The translations under genes and the position numbers were made by a program. Shown one piece after another: positions 51,901-64,000 of a DNA stretch of 64,000 nt. Origin of the DNA: Epiperipatus broadwayi (taxonomy: Eukaryota > Animalia > Onychophora). The stretch spans positions 21,762,001 through 21,826,000 of the forward strand of contig JAQFVV010000002.1 of NCBI GenBank assembly GCA_028023455.1, read 5' to 3'. Under the pieces are notes generated by a model, which was given only the letters and a program-made list of their open reading frames with translations, did not search any database and was not told the DNA's origin. Within the stretch, counting starts at the first letter, position 1. Every line of letters begins with the position of its first letter.

Positions 51901-52007
51901 GTCAAGCGTTGTTAGCCGAGAGGTCATCACAGCCGCCTTGCAAGCAAGTAGTTGGTTGCAGACGGGTTGTGGGTTCCCGGCCGATGCTATGACATATGAA
52001 AAAAAAA
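51901..52007 (+). mobile_element. tRNA-derived SINE with 14-bp TSD
   Basis: TSD ATGTAGTATTTGTT at 51887-51900 and 52008-52021; poly(A) tail. Confidence 0.9.
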
Positions 52008-52321
52008 ATGTAGTATTTGTTTTGATATCTTCGTTTAAAATATGCACTATTATTTTCCAAAGATATTCATTGGTGGCCAGTAGAGCACTTGTTATCCAGT
52101 CAAGCAAGATCTTTATCATGTTTTCTTTTAGAATAACGTAGAGACAATAACTAGGTAACCATTTAGATTGTTTTATCATATTAGGTGGACTGAACAGCAT
52201 GAAGAACTTGATATTAAGTGTGATTAAATGTACACACAAAAAATTATTTTATATAACCATACTATGCTCTAATATTAAATAGTATACGTACATATTTTTT
52301 TGGTCTATGAGTGTAGTTTTT

Positions 52322-52374
52322 TGCTGTCCAGGGTTCGCTTCCCGGTCGATGCATTTGACATATAAAAAAAAAAA
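52322..52374 (+). mobile_element. 5'-truncated tRNA-derived SINE
   Basis: GGGTTCGCTTCCCGGTCGATGCATTTGACATAT(A)n. Confidence 0.7.
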
Positions 52375-52589
52375 GTCTTTTTTTTTGGCCTTCCCACTGG
52401 GCAACTGTTGACAGACTAATACCCTCTCTAAAACAAAATTCTTCATGTTCTCACACATAGATTCTGTTTATGTCTCTGTATTTAATTAATATTGCCTCCA
52501 AAATTAAAACTTCTATTTTAAAAATATTATAATCTTTTTTAATTATTGTGTGGATTTTCTTTCAGAACACATTCGATTGAATTAACACA

Positions 52590-55500
52590 CTGTTGGGACT
52601 TTGAGAGGGAGGGAATGTTCTTTCGATACTCGTTGGGCAGCAGCAATAACTATATTAAAAAGAAAACTAAGACAGTTTTTTGCTAAATACAAGTTTATTG
52701 ACTTGCAAATAATTGTAGCTAAATAAATGAATAAATAATAATTAGAAATTATTTTGTAATCTCTAAAATTCATTATAATTTGTAGATGTATGAATTCACT
52801 TATTCACACACATAATAATTAAATATAGTCAGTATATCTGTGTTATCATTAACTGCAGTTTCTTACACACAGAGATATTGTATATCTTGTATATGCAACC
52901 ATTCACGATGAACATTTATTATTCAGCCAACATTCTGTTGACGACTACATATATAATTAATTTAACAGCCCACTTGCAGGTTTTAGATCAGTCTTTCCTG
53001 CATAATCTAAATTCATTTGCATATATTATTTTTTATTATCATTCGAAGACAATCAGGTTGTATGTAAATTTTTCTAGAATTAATATTATGTAAATATCAA
53101 TAGTATATACATTTTTCTTACAATTATGTAATTCTACCAAACTTGTACTGTTCAAGTTAATATGAAATGGTAAAATAAAACTAACAAGAAAATCTTAAAA
53201 GCACTGAGCCAGTTTTTTTGGAAAATTGCTGTCAGAATCGTAGTGCTAAATAGAACACAGTTAAAAATATGCATATGTAATGGCAAAGATCAATATGTAA
53301 ATTAGATGTTTCATTTTTTTGTTGATGGTACGCAGGAATCTTTTCTAGTAATGAAATGAGGATACTGTGTGTATGTAATTACAAAATTTAATAAACTTCA
53401 TACAGGTATAATTCTTTCATTTTTTAGGGTTTTCTATGATCTCACCATATGTCCAGTTAGCAGTACAGGTCTCTGTTCATTATGATCACTTGCCTTTAAA
53501 ATCTTCTTGATCTGGATGTTTTGTTGATGAAAGGTCCTCATTGTTCTACAATACTGGATTATGTAATGAGTATCTCTTTCAGTGAGATCAGATTTCTTGG
53601 TACGATATTCAAGTGACATTTCCTCATTTTGTACAGCCTGAAAATGAATTAACACATTCCTCTTTATACAAATTCTCTTTTTTTATTATTAGTTGATGCT
53701 AATTAGGCACTCTATTTTTGATATCTCACTTTGGTGAGATTGTAAGTGATTGATGCATATCCTTAAGTATTTTACATTTTTCAACTGGATTATTCTGATT
53801 TGTTTTGCCAAAACTTTTATTATCACACTAGGGAGCCTTTTTTTAAAATGTCTCTAATCAAAACTTGCTCACCAACTTCAAAATTTTCATGGTGTAAATT
53901 GTTTTCACCCATTACATTATAATTAGCTGATAATAACTTTGACAGGTATATGCAAAATTTTTGATAGATTAACAGCTCTACCAGTGACTTCATTGTCAAT
54001 ATACACAGTGTAAAATAATGAAAGAGCATTGTGTCAGTTAGTACTTCATTAATATCCTTTTATGCCATGTTTAAGATGTTGAACTGCCTTTTCAACTTAA
54101 CCATTAGGATGGTTTAGTGGTGTCAAAACCTGATGTATTAAAAAATCTTAAAATATCTGCAATGCAAATCCAGTTCTACTGTAGATAACTATATTTTCCA
54201 GATATTGTGAAGATTTCTTTTAATGTCTTAGTAATACATTCATCGCTTATATTTTTGATGAGCTAGTACTTCATTCATTTGGAGTATGAATCTATCACAA
54301 TTAGAAAGAGATAGCCATTCTTTGGACCTGTGTGATCTGCATGCAACCTTCACCATGGGATCTGTGATTTTGACTAAGGATGCAAGTTCATAGTGGATTG
54401 ACATTCTAAACAATTACTCACTATCTGCTCCAATTTCTGGTTCAAATTAGGTCACTATACATATGATCTTGATAAGACTTTTATGCATACTACTCCTGGT
54501 ATGTAGTAAACTAAGCATTTAAACTTTTGGCTTGCAGAAAGTGAGTGTGCAACCATTTCATATAGATAAACTTTCACACACATTCCAAAGAGAACTTGCC
54601 ACTCACTTGGAAACATTTAACTATCTGTTCTTTATTCAATTTTATATCCAGGTTTTTTTCTAATCCAATTTGCTACTTTAGAACTGTTCAACATTTTCAA
54701 ATTCAATAGTAGAAATCTGACTCTGGAATTGATTTTATATGTAATAATTAAGAAGATCTGATGAAGACTGCATGGGACAGCTAAAACTGTAATCAATAAT
54801 AAAAGTTTTTTTGCTGAAAAGTAAAAAGTGTAGGATTTTTGCAATTCAATATTATCCAGTTACCTTACCATATAAATCAATTTTATTCCCATTGATGTCT
54901 GTGACTATGATGTCTATTTCTTCAGTGGGTCACTTTCATTTTATTTTTACTATTAATCTTAAACCAATATTGCTCTGATGACAAAGATAAATTAGTACCA
55001 TAATAACATTTAGTAGAGTATGGTCATTCTTTGGTATCATTAATATTAATATCATTTTTTTTCTTATACTGCTACCTGTGATTTAAAGTCTGAACATGAT
55101 TTAATTTTTGTATTCCTGTCTTTATTTTGGCAAACATGAGCTAAATGTCCATTGAAACTACAGACATTACATGTTTCTCTTCTAAATTTGCATTATTTCT
55201 TTACCTGGCCTCCCCTCTCCTGGTAGCAGTAACAAATTAAAACATCTTTTGAGCTCCATCTGCTCAGACAATCAGTTTTTTTTATAAACAACTGTTGGAG
55301 TCTTATGCATGTAGGTTGTAGCGTAAAATTCCAAAGCATTCTCCAATATTACTTCCTGTGCAAAACATTTTTCCATGGTGGATTTGTAAATAAGAATCAG
55401 GTCACTTAACGTAATTTTCCTGAATTTATGATCCATCATTCCAAACAATAATTGATCCATTAACATGTTATCCAACTCAGAGTTAATCACTCCTGAGGTG

Positions 55501-57120
55501 ACTGTTTTCTACTTCTAGATCTTAGACATGCCAACTATTTAATTGTTGCAGATTAAAAATAAGCATTCAACTTGTCTTCAGGGATTTTGGGGTCAGATAG
55601 TTGTTTTGCCACATGCAATATGACTTTCCTGGAAAACAACAAAAGAGTAGCTACTTTAATTTTGTCATCTTCAATTTCATTAATAATCATGTATTGTTTG
55701 ACAAGTTTCACATATATTTCCAACCCAAACCATAGTTACTTCAAATTTATTGACCCTGTAATTTATTATAATTTATATAGATTCTTCAGTAATCAATACC
55801 ATCCATTCAACTTTCTTGCACAATCTGTTCTACTGCAGCTATAGGATTCTACAGTCATCCTACACAAGCTCTAACAACTTTCTACCACAGGCATTTTGCT
55901 GTGTCCCAAGGATATTTCTTTCAATATCAGCCGAGTAATGAGCATAACTTTATTAAAAAAGAAAACTAAGACAGTTTAAATTTAACATCACAAGTTTACT
56001 GACTTGCAAGTAAATGTATATAAATAAAAGAATAAATAATAATTAGAAATTACTCCTAATCTCTAAATGCCATTATAATCTGTAGCTATATGAATTCACT
56101 TATTCACACACATAGTAATTGAATATAGTTCGGAAATCTGTGTTAGACTGTTTTTTACGTCGACATCTGAAATCACTCTAACTCAGCCAGTTTTTATACG
56201 AAAATATTCGTTAAACACGTATTGAATTCGTTTTTAAAAGTTCTGTACGATCGTGACATCTTCCGATTTATTTTAGAAGTAAAAAAATAGAAAAAAAACG
56301 CATTTAAACCTAAACAAAGAAGGAACATTATTTGTGATTGGTTCTTAGCATGCTCTCAGCCGAAAAAGACATTCTGATTGGCTGGAAAGAACAAAGAAAC
56401 TGCCTGATCAAAGAAAATAAAGAAAAACGCTGAGATTTTCATTTCGAATACGATTTAATTATTATAAAAGAATATTTTGAGAAATTAAAATTATTTTCAG
56501 AGAGAATAATAAAAAAACAAAATTATTTTCGAAAAATATTGAAGATTTAAGTAAATATATTGAAGATGTAGTAAAAAGAAATATTTACTTTTCTATAACG
56601 TAAAAGTCGATCTTTTTGTTTACATTATAACTTTTATGTTGCCGATATTGAATATCTTAGAATAAATAAATAGCAATTTATTTTTGAAAGAACTTTCGTT
56701 CTCTTCACAACCTGAAAAATTAATTATATACTTTTTATAAACGTATCTGAGTTGAATTTAATATTATAGGCAAATATGTTTTAACAATAGGCTTTGTCTT
56801 CAGTTTGTGAGTTGGCCAATTAAAAGATTTGATTTTTATCTGATACAACCAGTGATAAAATTAGCGGTTAAAAGGTTAACACCAACTGTGGCTTCTTACA
56901 CATAGAGATATTGTATATTATATGCAGTGATTCCATAATATACATTATTATTCAGCTACCACTCTGCTGACAACTACGTATATATATTTTAATGTAACAG
57001 CCGACATTTTTGAGCAGATCATTGCAGTTTTCTTGCATAATCTGAGCTCATTTGCATATATTATCTTTTATTATCATTTGATGATAATCAGATTGTATGT
57101 AAAATTTTCTAAAATGAATA
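52590..57120 (-). mobile_element. Internally deleted Gypsy/Ty3 LTR retrotransposon remnant with probable LTRs
   Basis: Gag text NEIEDDKIKVATLLL and DNMLMDQLLFG, zinc knuckle CNVCSFNGHLAHVC, integrase text CLECQ...PW*RLHADHTGP..GYLFLIVIDSYSK; diverged direct repeats ~52590-53100 and ~55900-57120 flank it; no RT core seen. Confidence 0.75.
56145..56878. mobile_element. ~730-bp insertion interrupting the right-hand direct repeat
   Basis: ATCTGTGTTA...AACTG is contiguous in the left copy (~52837) but split here; CpG-rich with two GATTGG (CCAAT) boxes; right end AAAAGGTTAA. Confidence 0.55.
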
Positions 57121-59909
57121 CTAATAATGAAAAGTGAAAATTATACATGTATTGTCAATGTAATTTACTTAAATGTAATAAACTTTATTTATATTTAAAT
57201 ATATACACGCACAGACAGTCCACACAAAAAAAAATGTTTATACAAAAGATTCAAAGCGATTTAACTTTGAAATAGCGTGCCTTTTTTTGTATTTAGTGTC
57301 TCATTAATGAAATATGCACCACGAGATAGATCTTTTCATTCTCTTTAAAATGATATAAGATGGCTTTTGTGGTTCTTACTACACATAGGAAATAATTAGT
57401 CATTTTAAAAAAGGAGTCCAAACTGATATTAACAATAAATACGCGTCTCACTTTTGTTATGCATTACTAAATATATTTATAAATTAAAATGAAACATTAA
57501 ACTATTCTAGGATAATCAAACATACTTTGTAATTCTTGATCAATATTATAATATATGGTAAATAAAGAAAACGTCTGTCAATCAATGCAAGTACAGTTTA
57601 TTTTCAAAACCCTTCATATCTAAACCTAGACTCAAATATACTTTACAAATGGTGATGATTACCATCATCTCATCACAATATATATATAATAGAGGATATT
57701 TTTATAAGATCAGAGGGAGCTATTGGATTTTGCAAAAAGTACCGCTAAAATCTCTGGATATCCAGTCTTTTTCAATCAATAAGTCGGAGTGGATATATAT
57801 GGCAAAAGAATAACGTGCCTTAAAGATCTTTAATATTATTGGCATAAATCTTCACATAAATCTTCAAGCGATTGTTTAGTTGTAAAATAATTCTGCAGGT
57901 GTGTAATTTATATATATGCACATGTTAATACAGTGCTGGGATCTTGTTTGTTTGCATTAAAACTATGCATTATATATTTGTTAAGTCATTTATTGACTAA
58001 ACAAAAAATATCGCATGACTATCACATTCGTTGAATGTGAGATCCTTAGTCTCTCAAAACTGTGTGTATGTTCAATAGCCTGGAAATAAAATCACAGCCA
58101 CAACTGAGATAAGTCCATCATTCGGTAAAACACTAGTGCTGTTCAGATTTTTTTGTAGCCCACCAATGTGAATAAAATTTTGAATCTATTTTAAGACTAG
58201 AATAAGGCAATAGTTTCACATTGATATCTATAAGAATACTACATTTTAAAATGTTGTTAATTGACAACAGGAACTTTAATATCAATAATACCATCAAATA
58301 TTTCATATAAGGCAAGAATAGAATTTTACTACTAAATAAGAGTGACGAATAATAAATCAAAAATAATTACATTATCGTGTTTGAAGGGGGGGGGGGTAAA
58401 AGAATTGTGATAAGATTTTTCTTATGGTGAAATAATAAAAAAATAACCTAAATAATTATTTTAACCCACCATTATCTAAGCATACAGCTAGATGGCATGT
58501 CCAAAATTAAAATATTTTGAAGAAAAGTATATAAAGGCATATATATCATTTTATGAGTTAACAAAAAAAAGTGGCATATGAAAATTTGTTAGAGAAAGCA
58601 TTCATTGAACATTTCATAAGGTGGATAATAGATGTAAAATTGAGACAATCAGATGTGAGTTAACACTTAGCCAATATAGACCTTACATATGTAGATACTG
58701 TTTGGAAAAGTTTAGCACGTGAATTAGTGTTAAATTAGTATAAATATTTTGCAAACAATCTCACTGAAGAAAAGCAGCCAATTGTCTTTAATAAAATAGA
58801 AAGACAAATGCAAAAAAAAAAAAAAATGGGGAGGGGGGGACAATTCCATCAAGTTAAAATACTTGTGTTTCATAGTTTATCCTCCATCTGCAGATCTTTT
58901 CATTTATATAGCACTCTTATAAAACAAGCAAAAACTTCACCTTACCCCTCAGATTACACAATGCTATTCAGGAACGAATTCTATTTATAATTCTTCAGTT
59001 CTGCTTCTTATTGAAGATTTAGCAGTTAATCTATATTAATTCTTATTAAATATAATGCAATACTGTCTTATTCATTTTCTCAATCTAGTTTCTTACTTAT
59101 GGATTTAATCAGCAAAGGATTTTAAATCTGAATTTAATGCACTTGGATTTTTTTTGATATACTACTCACATTCATTGGCTAACTTTTATTCCTGAAACCG
59201 AAAAACATCTTTAAGATTTTAAATCCAAGACAACTTTTTGTAAAAACCAAAAAACATTATACAATGCTAGCTTGCCCAATGCTTTTTAGAACAAACTATT
59301 AATAATACTCCAATCCCAACATCTATCGTAAACTTGAATCAAAATATTAAGATGCTTTTGCATTTCAGGCTAGAATCCATCTATCAAGAATGAAATATAG
59401 CCTCTTGATGAAAGATTCATTTGATCCAAAAAAATTCAAGTGCATTGGATCCCAATCCAAAACTTTTTACTAATAAAAATCATAAGCCTGAAATTAGTGT
59501 AGGCTTAATAAACAATAGCATCTATTGATTATTCAGGATAACACTAGGTGGCAGAACTAGAGATGTATAAATTAGTATGCTCTGGAAAAGCAATAAATTG
59601 GTATTATGATCATAAAATATATGTTTCTGTAGTTAATAGATCTTAGAACACCAAAATATATAGATGTAAAACTGATATTAGTCCATGTGTACTTATGCAA
59701 TCAAGTTTCCATGTTACCAAAACATGGATTTTTTGAACCTCAAGCATTATAATAGACTGATAGTAAAATTAGGCTGCTGAATGAAAGATTCAATGGATTC
59801 AAAAATTTAGGTTCAGTAGGTCCAATTCCAAACCTCCTCAATGAGAAGATTTATAGATCAGAAAACTAGTTTGGGAATATGAAGTGTTGCACTAAATAGA
59901 GATTTAATA

Positions 59910-60207
59910 CAGGCAAAACTCTCCATACAGTAGTGCCACTCAATGCAAGCCAGTAATCAATGGATGCCAAAAGGCTTGGGTATAAAATTCCTATCTAGTG
60001 CCTACTCATCCAATATCCCCAGACTAGTTTCTAGCTTGTGTCCTTTATCAGTGAGGAGTCTTGGATAGGGATTTTATACACAAGCCTACTGGCATCCATT
60101 GATTACTCTGGCTGGCACTGAGTGGCACTACTGTATGGAGAATTTGCCTGTTTTAATAGCAGTTATGAGCAAGCATAAGAAGTAGTGATCATGTGATGTT
60201 TGGTGGT
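59910..60207. mobile_element. Family A head-to-head insertion, 17-bp TSD, core G8>A
   Basis: TSD TAAATAGA(G/A)ATTTAATA at 59893-59909 and 60208-60224; minus core 60022-60051 CTGATAA...GAAACTAGTC. Confidence 0.82.
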
Positions 60208-61064
60208 TAAATAGAAATTTAATAAAACCTACCATTGAAGATTACTTATATTTACAGTAGATATTAGAACAAAAGTAGTATAAACAGTGTTTGCTCCTAA
60301 AAATTATTTTTTTCACCAATGATAAATACCTTCAGATTCAAAAAGTTATTTTAATGCCACGTTAGTGTTTTGTTTGTTTGTTTTTGACAAGGAGATTATG
60401 GAAAATTAATCTACCAATGATTATGAATTAAAAACAAGTTACTTTTAAATAAATATTTCTTTAAATGGTATTTTTTATGGAGCACCCAATGATTACAATA
60501 GACAAAAAAAGATATCTTCAAACTGAAATAGAGATATATTTCACTGTTGATTGCAATTATGATTTTATTGATCTGAGATTTTGTTCTCATACCTATCTAT
60601 GAACCTTTTTTGATAGCTTAACTATTAACATAATATTATAAAGGAATGTGCAAATATTCTAGCTAGGAAACAGATTCAAAGTTGCTTTCTTAAGTCATTC
60701 AACTCTGCTATTTGGCTATGCATAAAAACCAAACTGAATACTCTTGAAGCAGGTCACTAAGTTCATAATGGATTCAACTAAAATTAAAGATCTATGAATC
60801 ACAGTTTCTGTGATGTTCTTTCCAAATTTTTTGATATTACATGACTCTCTAAGTAACAAACCATTTAGCTACTTTTTACTTATTACAACATTCTGACTTG
60901 GTTTAGATAATTAATAATAAAAAGTCAGATGTCACATGATTTATATATAGCTTGCAATTACCAATATGTAAACTTAAGAGCATGCTAACGCTCTAAACAA
61001 GCTTTTTTTTATTATGATAAATGCTATTACAAGAGAAGGCATTCACATCATCTTTATCTTAGAT

Positions 61065-61122
61065 TGTCCCCATCCCCAGACAAGTTTCGACCTATGGGTC
61101 TCTTCAGTGAGGAGTTGGGACA
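61065..61122 (-). ncRNA. Canonical type I hammerhead ribozyme, family B
   Basis: TGTCCCAAC-TCCTCA-CTGAAGA-GACC/CATA/GGTC-GAAA-CTTGTC|TGGGGA-TGGGGACA; all core nucleotides and stems I and II intact; predicted cleavage after 61079. Confidence 0.87.
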
Positions 61123-61606
61123 TTAGATTCAAAAAACCAACTCAAGCTAAGCATTTATCTAAAAGATAATTCTCAAGAAGAAGATCTAAACCGTTAGACA
61201 TCTGCATGTCTTTAAAGTCAGCTATTCAAATGAGAATTTTACAAAATTTTAAAAGTTGAGAAATTAAATGCAAAAGTGCATTAATCACTTTTATTTATAT
61301 ATTTCTAAATAATATTACAGATTACTTGTATTTAGACTATTTTGATACCTATAGAAAATAGGATCTTGGAAAGTTTTCTACACTTTCTTTTCTCATTTCT
61401 TTTATATCTTTGTCATGAACTCTTAAAATTCTTATCATGACTGATATTCAAAGAGATATATATTTTGCACCCAGACAGAAATAAAGTGAATAGAATTAAA
61501 TTCAATCAAAGTCACAATGTAACCACAATATAATTGGCAGCAGATTATGCTAGTTTGAAAATTTTGAAAATGAATCCTTTTCACATTCACTTACTATGGA
61601 ATTTAA

Positions 61607-61827
61607 TTATAAATTTTATTAAATGCACATTATTATTTAAATAATATTACTAAGGCTGTAACCTTTAGAAATAAGCGTCTGAAAAATTCGAAGGTAAGGA
61701 CTTCTACAGGTCTTAGCCACAAGCTTTCCCTCTTTTCTTCCTAGTGAAAGCTTGTGGCTAAGACCTGTAGAGGTCCTTACCTTCGAATTTTTCAGACGCT
61801 TATTCCTAAAGGTTACAGCCTTAGTAA
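61607..61827. mobile_element. Family F foldback insertion (~85-bp arms, 40-nt one-sided tail, 12-bp TSD)
   Basis: Arms TTACTAAGGCTGTAACC... / ...GGTTACAGCCTTAGTAA; TSD TATGGAATTTAA at 61595-61606 and 61829-61840. Confidence 0.75.
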
Positions 61828-62289
61828 ATATGGAATTTAAGAAACATTTTTCATAAGAAGGTAGTGGCTAGCTAGCCCTCACTTTGAATAGAATAGCAGA
61901 ACATTGATTTATGTGATCCAATTCAAACTCAGTCATAAAGTCTACTTCCTTTAGTGACAAATAGACTGATTTAAGATAATGAAAACTAGTTAAAATAGAG
62001 TAATAACACTACAGAATGTTTCAAAGTGAAATCAACAAATAATGATTACTATTTAGATTAAAATTTGCTTTGATTAAACATGACATGCATCATGTTATGC
62101 AAACATATTTTTTCACAGAGATGCGATGCGATGTATTTGGCTTCTCCTTAAATGAAGTCAAGAATATCTCAGCAATTATGCCCAGATAAACCTGTTGGCC
62201 ACTTTATTTTCCATTCTCCACTCTTAAGTCTTCCCATATTCTGCCCCAACCCATTTCCACAACATAATCTTTGTCAACTCTATGGCCTT

Positions 62290-64000
62290 TATATCTAAAT
62301 TCCCCTTATCTCTTCACAAACCCAACATAAAAACTAATAACTCACTTTCTGTATAGTCACTTTGTTTATGTCTATTCTCCCATAACTTCATTATCTGTAC
62401 CCATTCTGCTTTCAAGCATTTACATTCAATCAACAGATGCCTAATATTTTCTATACCTTCCTTACACAATTTGCACACTAAATCATCCATAGTTTTCCAT
62501 TTACATGTATATTCTCTTGTTGCTAAGGATCCCATTCGAGCCTTAAATAATAAACTACTTTTCTTACTATTATCATAAATTAACTCACATCCAATATTCT
62601 GTTTACTTCTATATATATTTAAACTCTTCTTACCCTCCATACTAGTTCTCCATCTCTCCAACTCCCTATTTTTTATTAATGCTTCTATTCTTTTATCCCA
62701 TTCCTTACCACTATAACACTCAACAATCCTCCTAACACAATCATCCCACCTTTTATACAAGTATACTGATATAAATTGTTTATCAAAATGTTTCACATAC
62801 CGCATTACCTTTCCCACCCACCTTGTTACCTGCCCTTTACTCATAACCCAATTGAACACTATTTTTGCTATTCTTTTACTATCCATAAACTGCAACCTAC
62901 CAAACATTTTCATTTTACTTTTTGCATCTCTCATATAAAAACTTGACCATCCCATTTCTCCTTGAATTGCCTCCATTGCTGTCCACATCTCTGCATCTAA
63001 AGCATGTCTTCATACTTCCCTTTGTACTTTCTCTAAATAATCTGAAACCTTTTTACTAACACATAATGCATCATTACCATATGTTAACCCTGCTACTGCA
63101 ACTCCCATACTATTCTAGCTACATCATATTTATTATATGAAAATTCTGTTAGTTTCTTTACCAAACCCTTTCTTTTCTTTGCTTCATTTACCAATTTTTC
63201 TCCCATTCATCCAAGCAATTTTCCTGATTACATAAGATGATTCCCAAATACCTATATCTATCCACCACACTTAACTTTATATCCCACAATAAAATTTCTA
63301 CATCTTCTCTTTCCCCAGTATTAACCATTATTATATTTGATTTTTCTTCACTAAATTTAATCGCCATCTCTTTACCCACCCTTGCACATGTCCTCAACAT
63401 AATTTCCATATCTTCTCTTCTTTCTGCACACAAAAAGATATCATCTGCAAAAAAAAAGACCTGACAAAATATATACTCCCTTGCCACCTATTAATGGTAT
63501 CTCTACCCCTCTTCCTAGTCTTTCTATTGCTTTCTCCATTTCACTCAAAAACAACAAAAACAAAATAGGTGACAAAGGGCATCCTTGCCTTAATCCCACC
63601 CCATTTTTAACTTTAACTGATTGATTCTATATCCCCTAACTGGTAAGTATAATAATTATTTTCATATAATTTCTTAATAATATTTACTAAAGCTTCATCC
63701 ATTCCCAAATTGGCTAACCTTACCCATAATCTATTTCTATTTACTCTATCATATGCTTTCTCTATATCTATAAATGTCATATATAATGATCTACCTGACT
63801 TCCTACTCATCTCCATAAGTTGTGTAACTACAAAAAAACTATCTACTATATGCCTATCTGACCTAAAACCTCCTTGCATTTCCCCCACAATATTCTCTTC
63901 CATCCATTTTACAACTCTTCCAACTACTATATACGAAAAAACTTTATATAAAACTGATGTTACTGCTATCGGTCTATAATTATTTAACTTTCTATGATCC
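62290..64000 (-). mobile_element. LINE ORF2 pseudogene (RT domain and C-terminal CCHC finger), runs off the window edge
   Basis: QGGFR, FIDIEKAYDRV, LRQGCPLSPILF, FFADDI, YRYLG, CKLCKEGIENIRHLLIEC across three frameshifted ORFs. Confidence 0.95.

Noticed and set aside
58900-59870. Possible further LINE remnant
   Set aside because: The composition is suggestive, but I could not identify any conserved motif.
61647-61827. TA-flanked Tc1/mariner MITE
   Set aside because: The 12-bp TSD with an offset tail, and the 36901 copy, argue for a retro-insertion instead.

Overview
Very AT-rich, repeat-dense animal (arthropod-like; taxon not determinable) genomic DNA that is mostly intron or intergenic. 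The only well-supported host gene is a minus-strand FYVE zinc-finger gene, seen as two in-phase exons (37301-37178 and 26001-25903) joined across an ~11.2 kb GT-AG intron. The rest is largely transposon debris: many RTE-clade LINE 3' ends, other LINE remnants, a tRNA-derived SINE family, mariner, Merlin-like and hAT remnants, a deleted Gypsy LTR element, a ~70-bp minisatellite and a compound tetranucleotide microsatellite. The standout signal is a set of about five non-coding repeat families that each carry a minimal type I hammerhead ribozyme motif (CUGANGA...GAAA...UH, usually with a palindromic stem III). Two families have ~458 and ~474 bp tandem monomers. Several insertions have 12-19 bp target-site duplications and a shared head-to-head layout with a ~40-50 nt one-sided tail. 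This fits retrozyme-like RNAs mobilised by Penelope-like machinery. Coordinates were read by eye, and element edges are approximate.
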